The notes beneath the pieces are model-generated. The model was not told the DNA's origin. It saw only the letters and a program-made list of their open reading frames with translations, and did not search any database. The position numbers and the translations under genes are program-made. DNA of 63,660 bases, counting the filler, from Octopus bimaculoides (Eukaryota), in the NCBI RefSeq assembly GCF_001194135.2. It is 5 parts of 5 records of this genome, joined end to end, with 100 filler letters (N's around TTAATTAATTAA, not from the genome) between each part and the next. Parts side by side here need not be neighbours in the genome. Positions count along the whole stretch, not along the records: positions 28,396 to 55,109 come from NC_068990.1; positions 55,210 to 62,097 come from NC_068996.1; positions 62,198 to 63,660 come from NW_026327170.1; 2 more parts are not named here. The stretch is one strand, 5' to 3'. Below are positions 51,915 to 63,660 of this stretch, in pieces. Within the stretch, counting starts at the first letter, position 1. Each line of letters begins with the position of its first letter.

Positions 51915-52930
51915 ATATTAGCTGCCAGGATGAATCACAAGTTTTGGGTTATCTTTTTTCGTATTTCACGCTTTAATCAATAGTTCGAACAAACTGTATG
52001 CATAAAAGCAGTTATTCATAAAAATACATCTCATCATATTCTATTGTTTTTTGCCATCGGTGTACCAGAAGCTACACTCATAACATTTGGCTGGGTTAGA
52101 GGCCAAAAGCTCCATGCACCCATTTTCAACTTCATCCACATTATTGAACCTCCATCCATGCAGGAAAGGAGCTATGGCTCGGAAAAGGTGGTAATCTGAT
52201 GGTGCAAGATGTAGACTAGAACAGGGGTTTTCAAACTTTTTGACTTGTGGACCCCTTTATATTTCAAGCTTTATAAATGCTTATGAAATTTATACATAAA
52301 TATTTGCTTAAAATAACATATATTTTTACATTTATTTATTTAACAGTATTTAACAAATAGGTTTATTGTCAATTAAAAGATTTCGATTAAAAAACATATA
52401 TAAAATCAAATTGCCCATAAAAAGTATTTGCTGTCTACGGACCCCCTGTCTTGTCCTTGCGGACCACAGTTTGAAAACCCCTGGACTAGAAGTAGGGTGA
52501 GGCAGCACTTCCAGCATCCCAAGTTACTCAAGTTTGCACTTAGACATATCGACAGTGTGTGCTGGAGTTTTGCCAGGCTGTAGAAGTGCACAATGTCAAT
52601 TGACCATATTTGGATAATGGGTTTTCAAGGCATCATATACTTGCTGCAGTTGTTGAGCATAGAAGTTAGCTTTCACCGCATGACCATCTGGGATAAGCTT
52701 AAAAGTGCAACACCCACTCAAAATTCCACTAAACACACAACATTACCTTCTGTTCAAACTACTCTTATTTGACAACAGGTTCTGAAGCCTGGCTGGAATG
52801 AAGCCAATGATTTCTCTCGTTAGCATTATCAAAATAGATGTATGTTTTTATCCCTCAGTTACAATTCAACACCAAAAATAGGCATTTCAGGGATTTGCCA
52901 GCAGTTGCCAAAAAATCAACGGTGAAAAAT
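51915..52930 (-). mobile_element. Decayed mariner transposase (third family), interrupted by hAT MITE
   Basis: Minus strand: IYFDN, FEQKVMLCV*WNF, ANFYAQQLQQVYDALK, EVLPHPTSS|LHLAPSDYHLFRA. Confidence 0.85.
52222..52483. mobile_element. hAT (Charlie-like) MITE, 262 bp
   Basis: Perfect 16-bp TIR CAGGGGTTTTCAAACT / AGTTTGAAAACCCCTG; perfect 8-bp TSD GACTAGAA at 52214-52221 and 52484-52491. Confidence 0.96.
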
Positions 52931-52970
52931 CTGGAAAAACTTTTGACTCAACCTGAGACACACACACACA

Positions 52971-53004
<34 letters not shown>

Positions 53005-53024
53005 TGCACACACATATATGTGTA

Positions 53025-53056
<32 letters not shown>

Positions 53057-53615
53057 NNNNNNNNNNNNNNNNNNNNNNNNNNNNNNNNNNNNNNNNNNNN
53101 NNNNNNNNNNNNNNNNNNNNNNNNNNNNNNNNNNNNNNNNNNNNNNNNNNNNNNNNNNNNNNNNNNNNNNNNNNNNNNNNNNNNNNNNNNNNNNNNNNNN
53201 NNNNNNNNNNNNNNNNNNNNNNNNNNNNNNNNNNNNNNNNNNNNNNNNNNNNNNNNNNNNNNNNNNNNNNNNNNNNNNNNNNNNNNNNNNNNNNNNNNNN
53301 NNNNNNNNNNNNNNNNNNNNNNNNNNNNNNNNNNNNNNNNNNNNNNNNNNNNNNNNNNNNNNNNNNNNNNNNNNNNNNNNNNNNNNNNNNNNNNNNNNNN
53401 NNNNNNNNNNNNNNNNNNNNNNNNNNNNNNNNNNNNNNNNNNNNNNNNNNNNNNNNNNNNNNNNNNNNNNNNNNNNNNNNNNNNNNNNNNNNNNNNNNNN
53501 NNNNNNNNNNNNNNNNNNNNNNNNNNNNNNNNNNNNNNNNNNNNNNNNNNNNNNNNNNNNNNNNNNNNNNNNNNNNNNNNNNNNNNNNNNNNNNNNNNNN
53601 NNNNNNNNNNNNNAC

Positions 53616-53692
<77 letters not shown>

Positions 53693-53779
53693 CTGTGTGT
53701 GTATGTATATATAAGATACACTAACACACACACACACACACAATGTTGTAGTCTGCAAGAAACTTTGGACTAATGCATT

Positions 53780-54070
53780 TGTAAGCAAGGTGAATATTAT
53801 AAGGTGCAGTGGAAGAGGTGAGAAAATGATAAACATAGCAGATGCCCATGGAGGGAAATATTCTACTGTTTTGACAGTCATAGACAAAGGGTGTATTATG
53901 CAACACGTGAAAGGTTCTGTACTAATACAACTCATGTTAATTAGTAAGAAACAAAGCTCAGTGAAGCATGAAATTGAAAAATTCTGAGTATATGGATGAC
54001 TGACCAGCATCAGCACTGCATGCCTATAAGCCATAATTTAATTCAGTGGGAAACCATAATTGCCATGGAA
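53780..54070 (+). mobile_element. Tigger/pogo transposase N-terminal (CENP-B-like HTH) fragment
   Basis: IIRCSGRGEKMINIADAHGGKYSTVLTV..IMQHVKGSVLIQLMLISKKQSSVKHEIEK resembles the Tigger1 N-terminus from memory. Confidence 0.75.
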
Positions 54071-54161
54071 AATTTAAAAACTAAATACAGTTTGAATGTT
54101 GGTAAAGAACCAATTGCGACAATCCATGGTCAGAATAAAGAATGAACAGCAGCATAAATAA

Positions 54162-54193
<32 letters not shown>

Positions 54194-54195
<2 letters not shown>

Positions 54196-54421
54196 GGGTT
54201 GTCTGGAAAGTTCATGCTGATTTATAGTAGTTTACCTTTCGACTTATTTGCCACGAAGCTACCTCAATTCTGGGAAGAGGGTATTTTCAAGTTAAAGGAA
54301 AGATGGAGACACGTTGTGCAACAAAATGGTTAATATTTGGTTGTTTAAAAATGTAATGGCAAGTATTTATTGACCTTTTTCTTTCCTTTAAAAATCGGCA
54401 CAAACTTTTCAGACAACCCAA
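54194..54421 (+). mobile_element. Mariner MITE (internal deletion derivative), 228 bp, in (ATT)n
   Basis: TIRs TTGGGTTGTCTGGAAAGTT / AACTTTTCAGACAACCCAA with TA on both sides; retains FWEEGIFKLKERWRHVVQQNG. Confidence 0.92.
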
Positions 54422-54435
54422 TATTATTATTGTTG

Positions 54436-54467
<32 letters not shown>

Positions 54468-54473
54468 GGTCTG

Positions 54474-54750
54474 GAGGTTAGGGTGTTGTACTCAGAATTG
54501 TGAGACCATGGTTTCAATTCCTAGATCGAGTGGTGCATTGTATTCTTGAGCAAATCACTTCATCTTGTGGCACTCTGCGATCATGTCAACACCTGAGATA
54601 AGGATCTGTTCAGGCAACATCAATTTAATAGAGAGAGTGAACCAATGCACAGCACATACAATTGATCTCCATAAACAAATCATTTGTGCAGGGCTTTCGG
54701 CAAAAGCTGAACACTTATACATCATCTTCGATGGTAGAGTCCATTGTTAC
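54474..54750 (+). mobile_element. tRNA-headed SINE family E (inverted copies ~36040-36330 and 47690-47900)
   Basis: GGTTAGGGTGTTG..GGTTTCAATTCCTAG..TTCTTGAGCAAA head; body matches the reverse complement of 36040-36330. Confidence 0.65.
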
Positions 54751-54976
54751 TAGTATTATTAAGGTGGTGAACTGGCAGAATCATTAGCACTGTGAGCAAA
54801 ATGCTTAGCAGCATTGCATCCACCCTCAGATTCTGAGTTCAAATTCCACTGAGATCCACCTTGTTCTTTTAATCCTTTCAGGTTCAATAAATTAAGTACC
54901 AGTAAAACATTGGGGTCAATGTAATAGACTAGTCTCCTCCCCCAAAATTTCAGGCTTTGTGCCTTTAGTAGAAAGG

Positions 54977-55020
<44 letters not shown>

Positions 55021-55339
55021 CATTATTATTATTATTATCATTATTATTATCAACATCATCATCATTATTATTATTATTATCATTATTATTATTATTATTA
55101 TTATTATTANNNNNNNNNNNNNNNNNNNNNNNNNNNNNNNNNNNNNNNNNNNNTTAATTAATTAANNNNNNNNNNNNNNNNNNNNNNNNNNNNNNNNNNN
55201 NNNNNNNNNGTGAACCGGATGGCTACACCAGGCTCCAATCTGATTTGAACAGAGTTTCTACAGCTGGATGCCCTTCCTAACGCCAACCACTCAGAGAGTG
55301 TATATATATACATATATATATATACATATACATACATAT

Positions 55340-55670
55340 CATCATCATCATCATCATCGTTTAACGTCCGCTTTCTATGCTAGCATGGGTTGGACGATTT
55401 GACTGAGGACTGGTGAAACCAGATGGCTACACCAGGCTCCAATCTGATTTGGCAGTTTCTACGGCTGGATGCCCTTCCTAACGCCAACCACTCCGAGAGT
55501 GTAGTGGGTGCTTTTTACGTGCCACCAACACAGGGGCCAGTCAGGTATTACTGGCAATAACCACATTCGAATGGTGCTTTTTACGTGCCACCAGCATGGG
55601 AACCAGTCAGGTGGCACTGGCAATGACCACGCTCAAATGGTGCTTCTAACATGCTACTGGCACGAGGTGA
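55340..55670 (-). mobile_element. RTE-related SINE family D with (GAT)n tail (fragments also ~40590-40800, 47075-47225, 55209-55290, 59960-60170)
   Basis: CATCATCGTTTAACGTCCG...GCTGGATGCCCTTCCTAACGCCAACCAC recurs across the window. Confidence 0.8.
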
Positions 55671-56061
55671 ATGTTACAAGAAAGAATCCTAAGATGGATT
55701 CTTCAAGCAATGCCAATTGGCAGGAGACCAAAGAATGAGTTGGTTGGATAGCATCCAGTGCCAGTTCGTCATACTTGGTAATCCAGCTAAAGCATGTGAT
55801 TTTGGCTACTTCTGATAGGCCCCTATGGAAGGGATGCCTGAGGACTCTACCTCCAAGATTCTACTAGAAATAGCGAGTGGAGAAGATGAACGAATAAATG
55901 ATTGTTCTACATATTTTAGCAACACTAACAACTTTCCACGAAATCCTAAACGGGATCACTTCATTTAAATTTCTCATTCTCTTCCATACAGACATTTATA
56001 CCTTAAATTCCTTAATATAAATTTTAAACTTTATAAGATATATATATATATATTTTCTAAC

Positions 56062-56107
56062 AAAACTGTCCGATGAACGGGAACGTGAAACTCCGAGTAA
56101 CAGTTTT
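56062..56107 (+). ncRNA. Type I hammerhead ribozyme fold (one core deviation)
   Basis: AAAACTGT-CCGATGA-ACG(GGAA)CGT-GAA-ACT(CCG)AGT-A-ACAGTTTT. All three stems pair perfectly, GUA cleavage triplet, U4>C. Confidence 0.6.
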
Positions 56108-56660
56108 TTGTTATATTTCTGCTCCTTTTAAATAAAGTATATATATATAAAGTATGATTTATTCAATATCAGAGTTGTTTGTGAACTGAGGAACTACTGT
56201 GTTAGAAACTTTTCAGCTTTAGATCCTTTTCATTCTTTTATCTTTTGCTAAACAGGAATGTTCCAATGAACCAAAATGTTTCCTTTATGCCTATTAATTG
56301 TTTCTGTCATTGGACTGTGGCCATGCTGGGGCACCACCTTGAAGGGTTTTAGTTGAACAAATCGATTNNNNNNNNNNNNNNNNNNNNNNNNNNNNNNNNN
56401 NNNNNNNNNNNNNNNNNNNNNNNNNNNNNNNNNNNNNNNNNNNNNNNNNNNNNNNNNNNNNNNNNNNNNNNNNNNNNNNNNNNNNNNNNNNNNNNNNNNN
56501 NNNNNNNNNNNNNNNNNNNNNNNNNNNNNNNNNNNNNNNNNNNNNNNNNNNNNNNNNNNNNNNNNNNNNNNNNNNNNNNNNNNNNNNNNNNNNNNNNNNN
56601 NNNNNNNNNNNNNNNNNNNNNNNNNNNNNNNNNNNNNNNNNNNNNNNNNNNNNNNNNNNN

Positions 56661-56930
56661 TTTATCTTTTACTTGTTTCACTCATTGCACTGTGGCCATG
56701 CTGGGGCACCGCCTTGAAGGGTTTTAGTTGAACAAATCAATCCCAGTATATCTTTTATCTTTTACTTGTTTCACTCATTGCACTGTGGCCATGCTGGGGC
56801 ACCGCCTTGAAGGGATTTAGTTGAACAAATCAATCCCAGTATATCTTTTATCTTTTACTTGTTTCAGTCATTGGACTGTGGCCATGCTGGGGCACCACCT
56901 TGAAGGGTTTTAGTTGAACAAATCGATTCC
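56661..56930. repeat. Tandem 93-bp repeats of a family C SINE 3' segment
   Basis: TTTATCTTTTACTTG at 56661, 56754 and 56847; a further partial copy at 56300-56367 before the gap. Confidence 0.92.
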
Positions 56931-56995
56931 AGCAGTTGATTCTTTGTTTTTTTGTAAAGCTAGATGAACGTTAAACAATGATGATGATGATGACG

Positions 56996-57042
<47 letters not shown>

Positions 57043-57057
57043 CATACATATATATAT

Positions 57058-57088
<31 letters not shown>

Positions 57089-57109
57089 CACATATATACA
57101 CATATATGT

Positions 57110-57141
<32 letters not shown>

Positions 57142-57478
57142 GAGAGGCTTCCACACAATTTCTATGTGCCAAATTAAAAAAGTAGTTGACCCAAGACTAT
57201 AGAAACTTGCCTGAGGTACCATGTAGTAGGACTGAATCCAAAACCTCATGGCTGCAAAGTTAACCTCTTAACCACACATCTATGCCTGCACTTATTAATA
57301 AATCTTAAAAATTTTTTTTTTTTTGCTTTGTTTTGAGGATAATAATGATATTAATTACTAATCATTTGGAATGACTAGCAGAATTCATCAAGGTTTTGAA
57401 TGATTGTCATCTCTTTGTTTAGAGAATGAAACCAGCTATGACATGGTAGTCATCATCATCATTATTATTATCATTATT

Positions 57479-57835
57479 GAGTGAGAGAGCAGTGCATGCC
57501 ATCAAAGTGACACTGGGTTACAAATATACAAAGCCCGTTATACCCATCATGACTACCCATCTGATAAGGGTACACTAGGCACATGCATCACAACCATATG
57601 TGTATGACATGGTGAGCCCATATCAAGATAAACAGCGCATGACCTCACAGGTGGGGCCCAGTTAGAATTTTCAGGTTGAGTAGCTCATCCCGCTCAAAGG
57701 GTCATTGAATAAGGTTTGTTTAAGGATGCTGAACGAAACACCCACGTTTCCAGAGGTGAATTATTCAAACTCCAACGAATTCTTCTCAACACATGGCTAT
57801 GATGCTCTCCCACTACTTCTGCTCATGATCAGAGA
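57479..57835 (-). mobile_element. Family F element, runs into gap
   Basis: Starts after (ATT)n; aligns to 27282 onward. Confidence 0.85.
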
Positions 57836-58491
57836 NNNNNNNNNNNNNNNNNNNNNNNNNNNNNNNNNNNNNNNNNNNNNNNNNNNNNNNNNNNNNNNNN
57901 NNNNNNNNNNNNNNNNNNNNNNNNNNNNNNNNNNNNNNNNNNNNNNNNNNNNNNNNNNNNNNNNNNNNNNNNNNNNNNNNNNNNNNNNNNNNNNNNNNNN
58001 NNNNNNNNNNNNNNNNNNNNNNNNNNNNNNNNNNNNNNNNNNNNNNNNNNNNNNNNNNNNNNNNNNNNNNNNNNNNNNNNNNNNNNNNNNNNNNNNNNNN
58101 NNNNNNNNNNNNNNNNNNNNNNNNNNNNNNNNNNNNNNNNNNNNNNNNNNNNNNNNNNNNNNNNNNNNNNNNNNNNNNNNNNNNNNNNNNNNNNNNNNNN
58201 NNNNNNNNNNNNNNNNNNNNNNNNNNNNNNNNNNNNNNNNNNAGTCCTCTCCCACCAAATTTCAGGCCTTGTGCCTTTAGGAAAAAGGATTATTAATACT
58301 CAGAGTTCAAATTCCACTCAAGTCGACTTTGCCTTCCACCCTTTCAAGGTCCATGAAATAAGTACCAACCACATGGTTCTGGGTTCAGTCCCATTGCGTG
58401 GCACCTTCGGCAAGTGTCTTCTACTATAGCCTTGGGCTAACCAAAGCCTTGTGGGTGGATTTGGTAGATGGAAACTGAAAGAAGCCCGTCG

Positions 58492-58530
<39 letters not shown>

Positions 58531-60634
58531 ATATGTTTGTGTATCTGTGTTTTTCCACCTCTACTATTGCATGACAACTGATGTTGGTGTGTTTACATCC
58601 CCATGACATAGTGGTCCAGCAAAAAGAGGCCGATAGAATAAGTACTAGGCTTCCAAAGAATAAGTCTTGGGGGTCGAATTGCTCGACTAAAGGCAGTGCT
58701 CCAGCATGGCCACAGTCAAATGACTGAAACAAGTAAACGAGTAAGGAGTAATATTAAATTATGAAAATATAATGGTATTGTTTTTAAACATTAAATGGCT
58801 TTGAGGGTCCCATCTGAGTAAAACAAGAATCAAAGGATTCATAGGCATGAAAATAGTTGAGAAATGCTGCTATAGCAGAAAGGATTATCATTATTATTAT
58901 TTATTATTATTATTATTATCATCATTGTCATCATCATCATCACCATCATCGTCATCATCTTCATCATCAACATCATCATGATCATGATCATGATGATGAT
59001 CATCATCATCATTATTAATATTGTTATTATTATCATCAATTATTATTATTATTATTATCATTATTATTATTATTATCATCAATTATTATTATTATTATTA
59101 TTACTATTATTATTATCATTATTATCATTATCATCATTATTATGCTTGTTTACCAGAGTTCATAGAGGGGGATTTAAAAAAAAATTCTCGATGATGAAGT
59201 TTCCAGATGTTTCTGTTTCCAGGTGCAACAAGTCAAGCATAAAACAGCTTTATGAGGATTCCGTTTGGTCTTGACTGTGGTATTGTTTGACTTCTGTTTC
59301 TTTCTTTCTCTCCCTCCCCCTCTCCTCCCTCTCTTCTCTCTCTCTCTCACACACACATCTACATTTATGCTTACATACTCACACTCACACACACACACAA
59401 TTGTCAAACATGAAGGTACATGTCTAAGAAAATTATCTTTCATTAGAGACCTATCTCTTTCTTTTCTGGGTTTTTTTTTTCACAATATACTAAAGACTTT
59501 GTTTTGTTTATGATTTAATTTGTTACATTTTTTTTTTCAAAATTCTTTTCATGTACAGGAAATGAAAAATACTGTATTCTATTAAGTGATTCTTTTGTTT
59601 ATTTCTTTAATTTAGATAATGAAAGGGACAAACATGAAAATGAATAAATAAACATTGTTGGATTATAAAATTCCATTGTTTGTTTATTCCTGGCCAATCC
59701 CTGACACCTTTCATAACAAACCACTTCAAACATGTCGGCCACCTGCCTTTGGCTTTCAGCTTAGCTTCTACCTTTCATCCTTCAAAATGCTTGTTGTGGG
59801 TTGAAGTTACATTGCTTTTTTTTTTCACACATGTTTTGAAGTTCAAATCCTGCGAAAAGTTAATACTTATCTTTCATCTTTATGGGACCAATAAAATCCC
59901 CTCAATCGCTGCCACCACCACCACCACCACCACCATCACCACCACCACTATCATCATCATCATTATCATCATTTAAAGTCCAGTTTCCATGCTGGCATGG
60001 GTAGGATGGTTTGATAAGATCCAGCAAACTGCAAAGCTACATCAAACTCTATTGTCAGCTTTAGCATTGTTTCTATGACCGGATACTCTTCCTGGCACCA
60101 ACCACTTTACAGTCTGTACTCGGTGCCTCGTTTCATGCTACCTGACACTTGTGAGGTCACCAGGTAACTTTCAAGACAGAAAAAGAAGAGGATGAAGGAA
60201 AAAGCCTCTTTGATTAAGCAGAGGCAGTATTTGAGAAGATGCTGAATGGTGAGAGGTTAAAAGTATGTGAGAGGAGAGATGTCTTGCTGTCAAGGAAACA
60301 CATGGCTACCCCTCATTGTATAAGGGAAACTGGAACTAGTTAAGAAGGGGATTAAGATGTTGGTATATAAATGGTAGTAAAATGCATAATGAAATATGGT
60401 GTCCTTACCAGCAATTAATATATATATGCAGGAGTGGCATCTATCCCCACCCTCCCTGCTAATATCTTTCTTTTTTTTTCTTTTGGCAGTGTGAAATTTG
60501 AAAAAGGCTTGGCTGCTATTTCTTGCAGTGTCTAGCGACCACATAAAGGCTCCCTCATTGCCCCATGGAGGTAATGAAATGTAAGGTGGATGGAGTGGTG
60601 TTAAGAAGAGAGCAATAGAAGAGAAAAAGAAGTA

Positions 60635-61130
60635 CGAGGGTGGGCTGAAAAGTTCATGAGCTGACTATGAAGGAGTGATGCTAGAGCTGTGAAATCTTGC
60701 ATACATTAATTTCAATTCTTCTTATTAATAACTGCATTGTTTCTTTTCTTTTTTCATCAGGTAAAAACATTTCAGAGAAGATTCCAGAAGAAACTAGCTG
60801 CAACTACTCTTGAATGTGGACCAAATTTGTCATCATGGTGTTATCAAGCACCTGCAGAAAGAGGGTCTAGTCCCCTAAGGGTAGTCATGCTGACATGGTT
60901 GCTACATTAGGGGATGATACTTCAGCTTTATCAACAATGCAAAAGTGGGCAGCTGAATTTAGGAGGGGAACGGAGAGTCTTGAAGATGACCCTGTGCCTG
61001 AACGTCTTGCAACAAGGAAAACATTAACTGTGTTCACCATATGGATGGTCATGGATGGCAGGTTACTGACTATAAATCAAATAGACAATGCTATAAGCAT
61101 TACCCAAATTGGAGTTTTTATGGTTTTTAT
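60635..61130 (+). mobile_element. Mariner 5' fragment (irritans-like, from memory)
   Basis: TA|CGAGGGTGGGCTGAAAAGTTC end and MVATLGDDTSALSTMQKWAAEFRRGTESLEDDP helix-turn-helix region. Confidence 0.8.
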
Positions 61131-63149
61131 TTAAAACTGTTTTGAGGAAGACTTGACTGCTATTTCTAGTAGATTGAGAAAAGGACCCAGTTTTTGTTTG
61201 GAAGCTCCTTGGTGGTGGTGGTGGTGGTGGTGGTGGTGGTGGTGATGGAGGGATATGGAATGAATCTGGATTCACTGTGTGTGTTGGTGTGGTTGTGAAG
61301 GGAGTTGTAATGGTTTTGTTTATGGTGGTGGTGTGTTAGCAGCGGCAGTTGTGGCCGCAGTGATGGGAGGAAGTGAGATGATGGTAAATCTATGCTTGTA
61401 TACTACAGTTTTGCACCAAAGTAACCAAATAATATTGTAAGGCACTGCCTTACACCATTATTAGTTTTATAGTTTACAAAATACAGATTGTAGTTTCAGA
61501 TTATCCTATGGACAGACACAGACACACAAACATACAAACATATACATGCACACGTACACACACACACACATGCACGTGCACACACAGGCACACATATGTA
61601 TATATATACACAATCGGATTCTTGCAGTTTTCGTCTACTAAATCCACTCACAAGGGTTTGGTTGGCCTGAGGCTTTAGTAGAAGACACTTGCCCAAGGTG
61701 CCACACAGTGGGACTGAACCCAGAACCATGGGTTGGTAGGCAAGCTTCTTACCACACAGCCATTCCTGCGCCTATATATATATATATGTGTCATACTAAT
61801 ATATACTTTTGTTATTTACACCACCTGTCCTCGTCTGTTGTTATTATTTGTATATTCTCCCATATATGTGTGTGTGTATATACATCTATCTATCTGTATG
61901 TATGTATGTATGTATGTATGTATGTATGTATGTATGTGTGTATGTATGTATGTATGTGTGTGTGTATGTATGAATGTATGTATGTATGTATGTATGTATG
62001 CATACACACATAGGCATACATACACATATGCATGGAGAAAACATCTAGAAAGACATGCAGAACTATTACACATAATTGAGTGACACATGGTCTAAGCNNN
62101 NNNNNNNNNNNNNNNNNNNNNNNNNNNNNNNNNNNNNNNNNTTAATTAATTAANNNNNNNNNNNNNNNNNNNNNNNNNNNNNNNNNNNNNNNNNNNNTCA
62201 TGATTAATTTCCTACGATTCAATGGATCACTGTTTGACTTCCGGAGATTTTGTATTCATGCAGTGTTTCAAATAAAGAATATTGAATGCGTTTCCCATTT
62301 CAATTATTGCGCCTAAGATCACGGAATTATTTCTGCAAAGCGTCTGAAACACAATGAAATACTCATTAATTATACAATGCTTCAAGTTGCCAGCAATACT
62401 TTTATATTTTCTATATACAATATATTAAACGCTATACACACTTTTGTCAGTGAATGCTACTATGTGAAATTTTAAAATTTACGTCTTACACAAAGGTCTG
62501 GTGATAAATGGGAAACGATTCTGCATGAATATCGGAACCAGGTCGTTGACATTTATCCATTATCATACCTAAGCTCCTCACATTCGAAAACGAATTACCT
62601 CGTAGCAACACGGTGTGAAGTGGTCTACTATTGATGTAACCACTCATAGAAATCGATAACATCAAATCTCAAACCTATCTGTGCTACGAAATTTGATCTC
62701 TTATAATAATAATAATAATAATAATGATGATGGTAACAGTAATAATAACGATGATAAAAATATATTAATGTATCACACTGGACATCTTTATATGAAGTCT
62801 TTTTTACTGAGACTTTCATTTACTTGATATAATCCGATTTGAATTGTACATATTTTAGAAGATAGCAGTTACAAGAACAATAAAAAAAAGTTAAAATAAT
62901 TCAAAGTAATGTTCCTTCATATATACTAAAGCAAGTCTAATAGGAACCAGTTACTGCGATCAACCACAATAAAAACCAATGCAAAAGTTTCCGTCTTGAA
63001 TATTTCATACTATCTACTAGCAGACAATATCCATCGCATTAAAAATTCGGTTGGCACATAAAATCGCTTTATTTCCCAGAACCCTAGCACTGGCAATATA
63101 AACGTAGTCTTCCACAATCTATATTATGTTGCCTCTTTCATTTTCTTAC

Positions 63150-63365
63150 ATCTTTTCAGCTTCGTCTTCGACTTTCTCTTCTTTTCAAAATCTTTCTCCT
63201 TTTCTTTCTTTTTAAAATCTTTCCCCTTTTCTTTCTTTTTAAAATTATTCTCATTTTCTTTCTTTTTAAAATCTTTTTCATTTTCTTTCTTTTTAAAATC
63301 TTTCTCCTTTTCTTCTTTCTTTTTAAAATCTTTCTCCTTCTTTCTTTCTTTTTCTTCTATCTTTC
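63150..63365 (-). CDS. Candidate internal coding exon, Lys/Glu-rich repeat (EKDFKKKE x6)
   Basis: TTTTAG| acceptor, |GTAAGA donor, 216 nt, phase 1-1, open frame KIEEKERKKEKDFKKKEEKEKDFKKKENEKDFKKKENENNFKKKEKGKDFKKKEKEKDFEKKRKSKTKLKR; repeat periods 30, 27, 27, 27, 27. Confidence 0.5.
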
Positions 63366-63629
63366 CTAAAATACTATCTTAAATAAGAAGCGGTGTTAAT
63401 TTTCCAAAATTCTAGCAGGTTTCAATTATTCTCCTTATGCTTACAATAACAGAAAGTTGAAATAAACAATAACAATTAAATCTTGATTTTAGTTCCCAGA
63501 CTTGGGCGCCTTGAAGACTACAACACTTTACAAAACAAAAAAGAAACGTAACAGAATTACATGAATAAACTATGTTTCTGGAATTTAGAGGCTACCTTTT
63601 CTTACTTCACACGCATCCATGCACACTTT

Positions 63630-63660
<31 letters not shown>

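Overview
AT-rich, repeat-saturated eukaryotic DNA with about 8 kb of N gaps. The SINE families and extreme microsatellite density point to an octopus or other coleoid cephalopod draft assembly (inference). No recognisable host gene is present, and almost every entry in the ORF track is a microsatellite or gap artefact. Supportable content: three decayed mariner transposases plus a mariner MITE, a Tigger fragment, a hAT MITE with a perfect 8-bp TSD, several R4/Dong-type LINE fragments all sitting in (TAA)n, RTE 3' ends, a decayed Penelope-like GIY-YIG region, and at least five SINE-like families. Best leads: (1) a nearly canonical type I hammerhead ribozyme fold at 56062-56107, with two weaker relatives; (2) an unannotated 216-nt, phase-symmetric, open Lys/Glu-repeat exon candidate at 63150-63365 (minus); (3) a (TAA)n-targeted retroelement system with a ~560-bp non-autonomous passenger; (4) a ~395-nt foldback at 51052-51446; (5) a ~34-kb block (28.4-62.1 kb) where repeat copies have lost CpGs, suggesting a methylated gene body or a scaffold mis-join. 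All alignments and family assignments were made by eye and from memory, and boundaries of decayed repeats are approximate.
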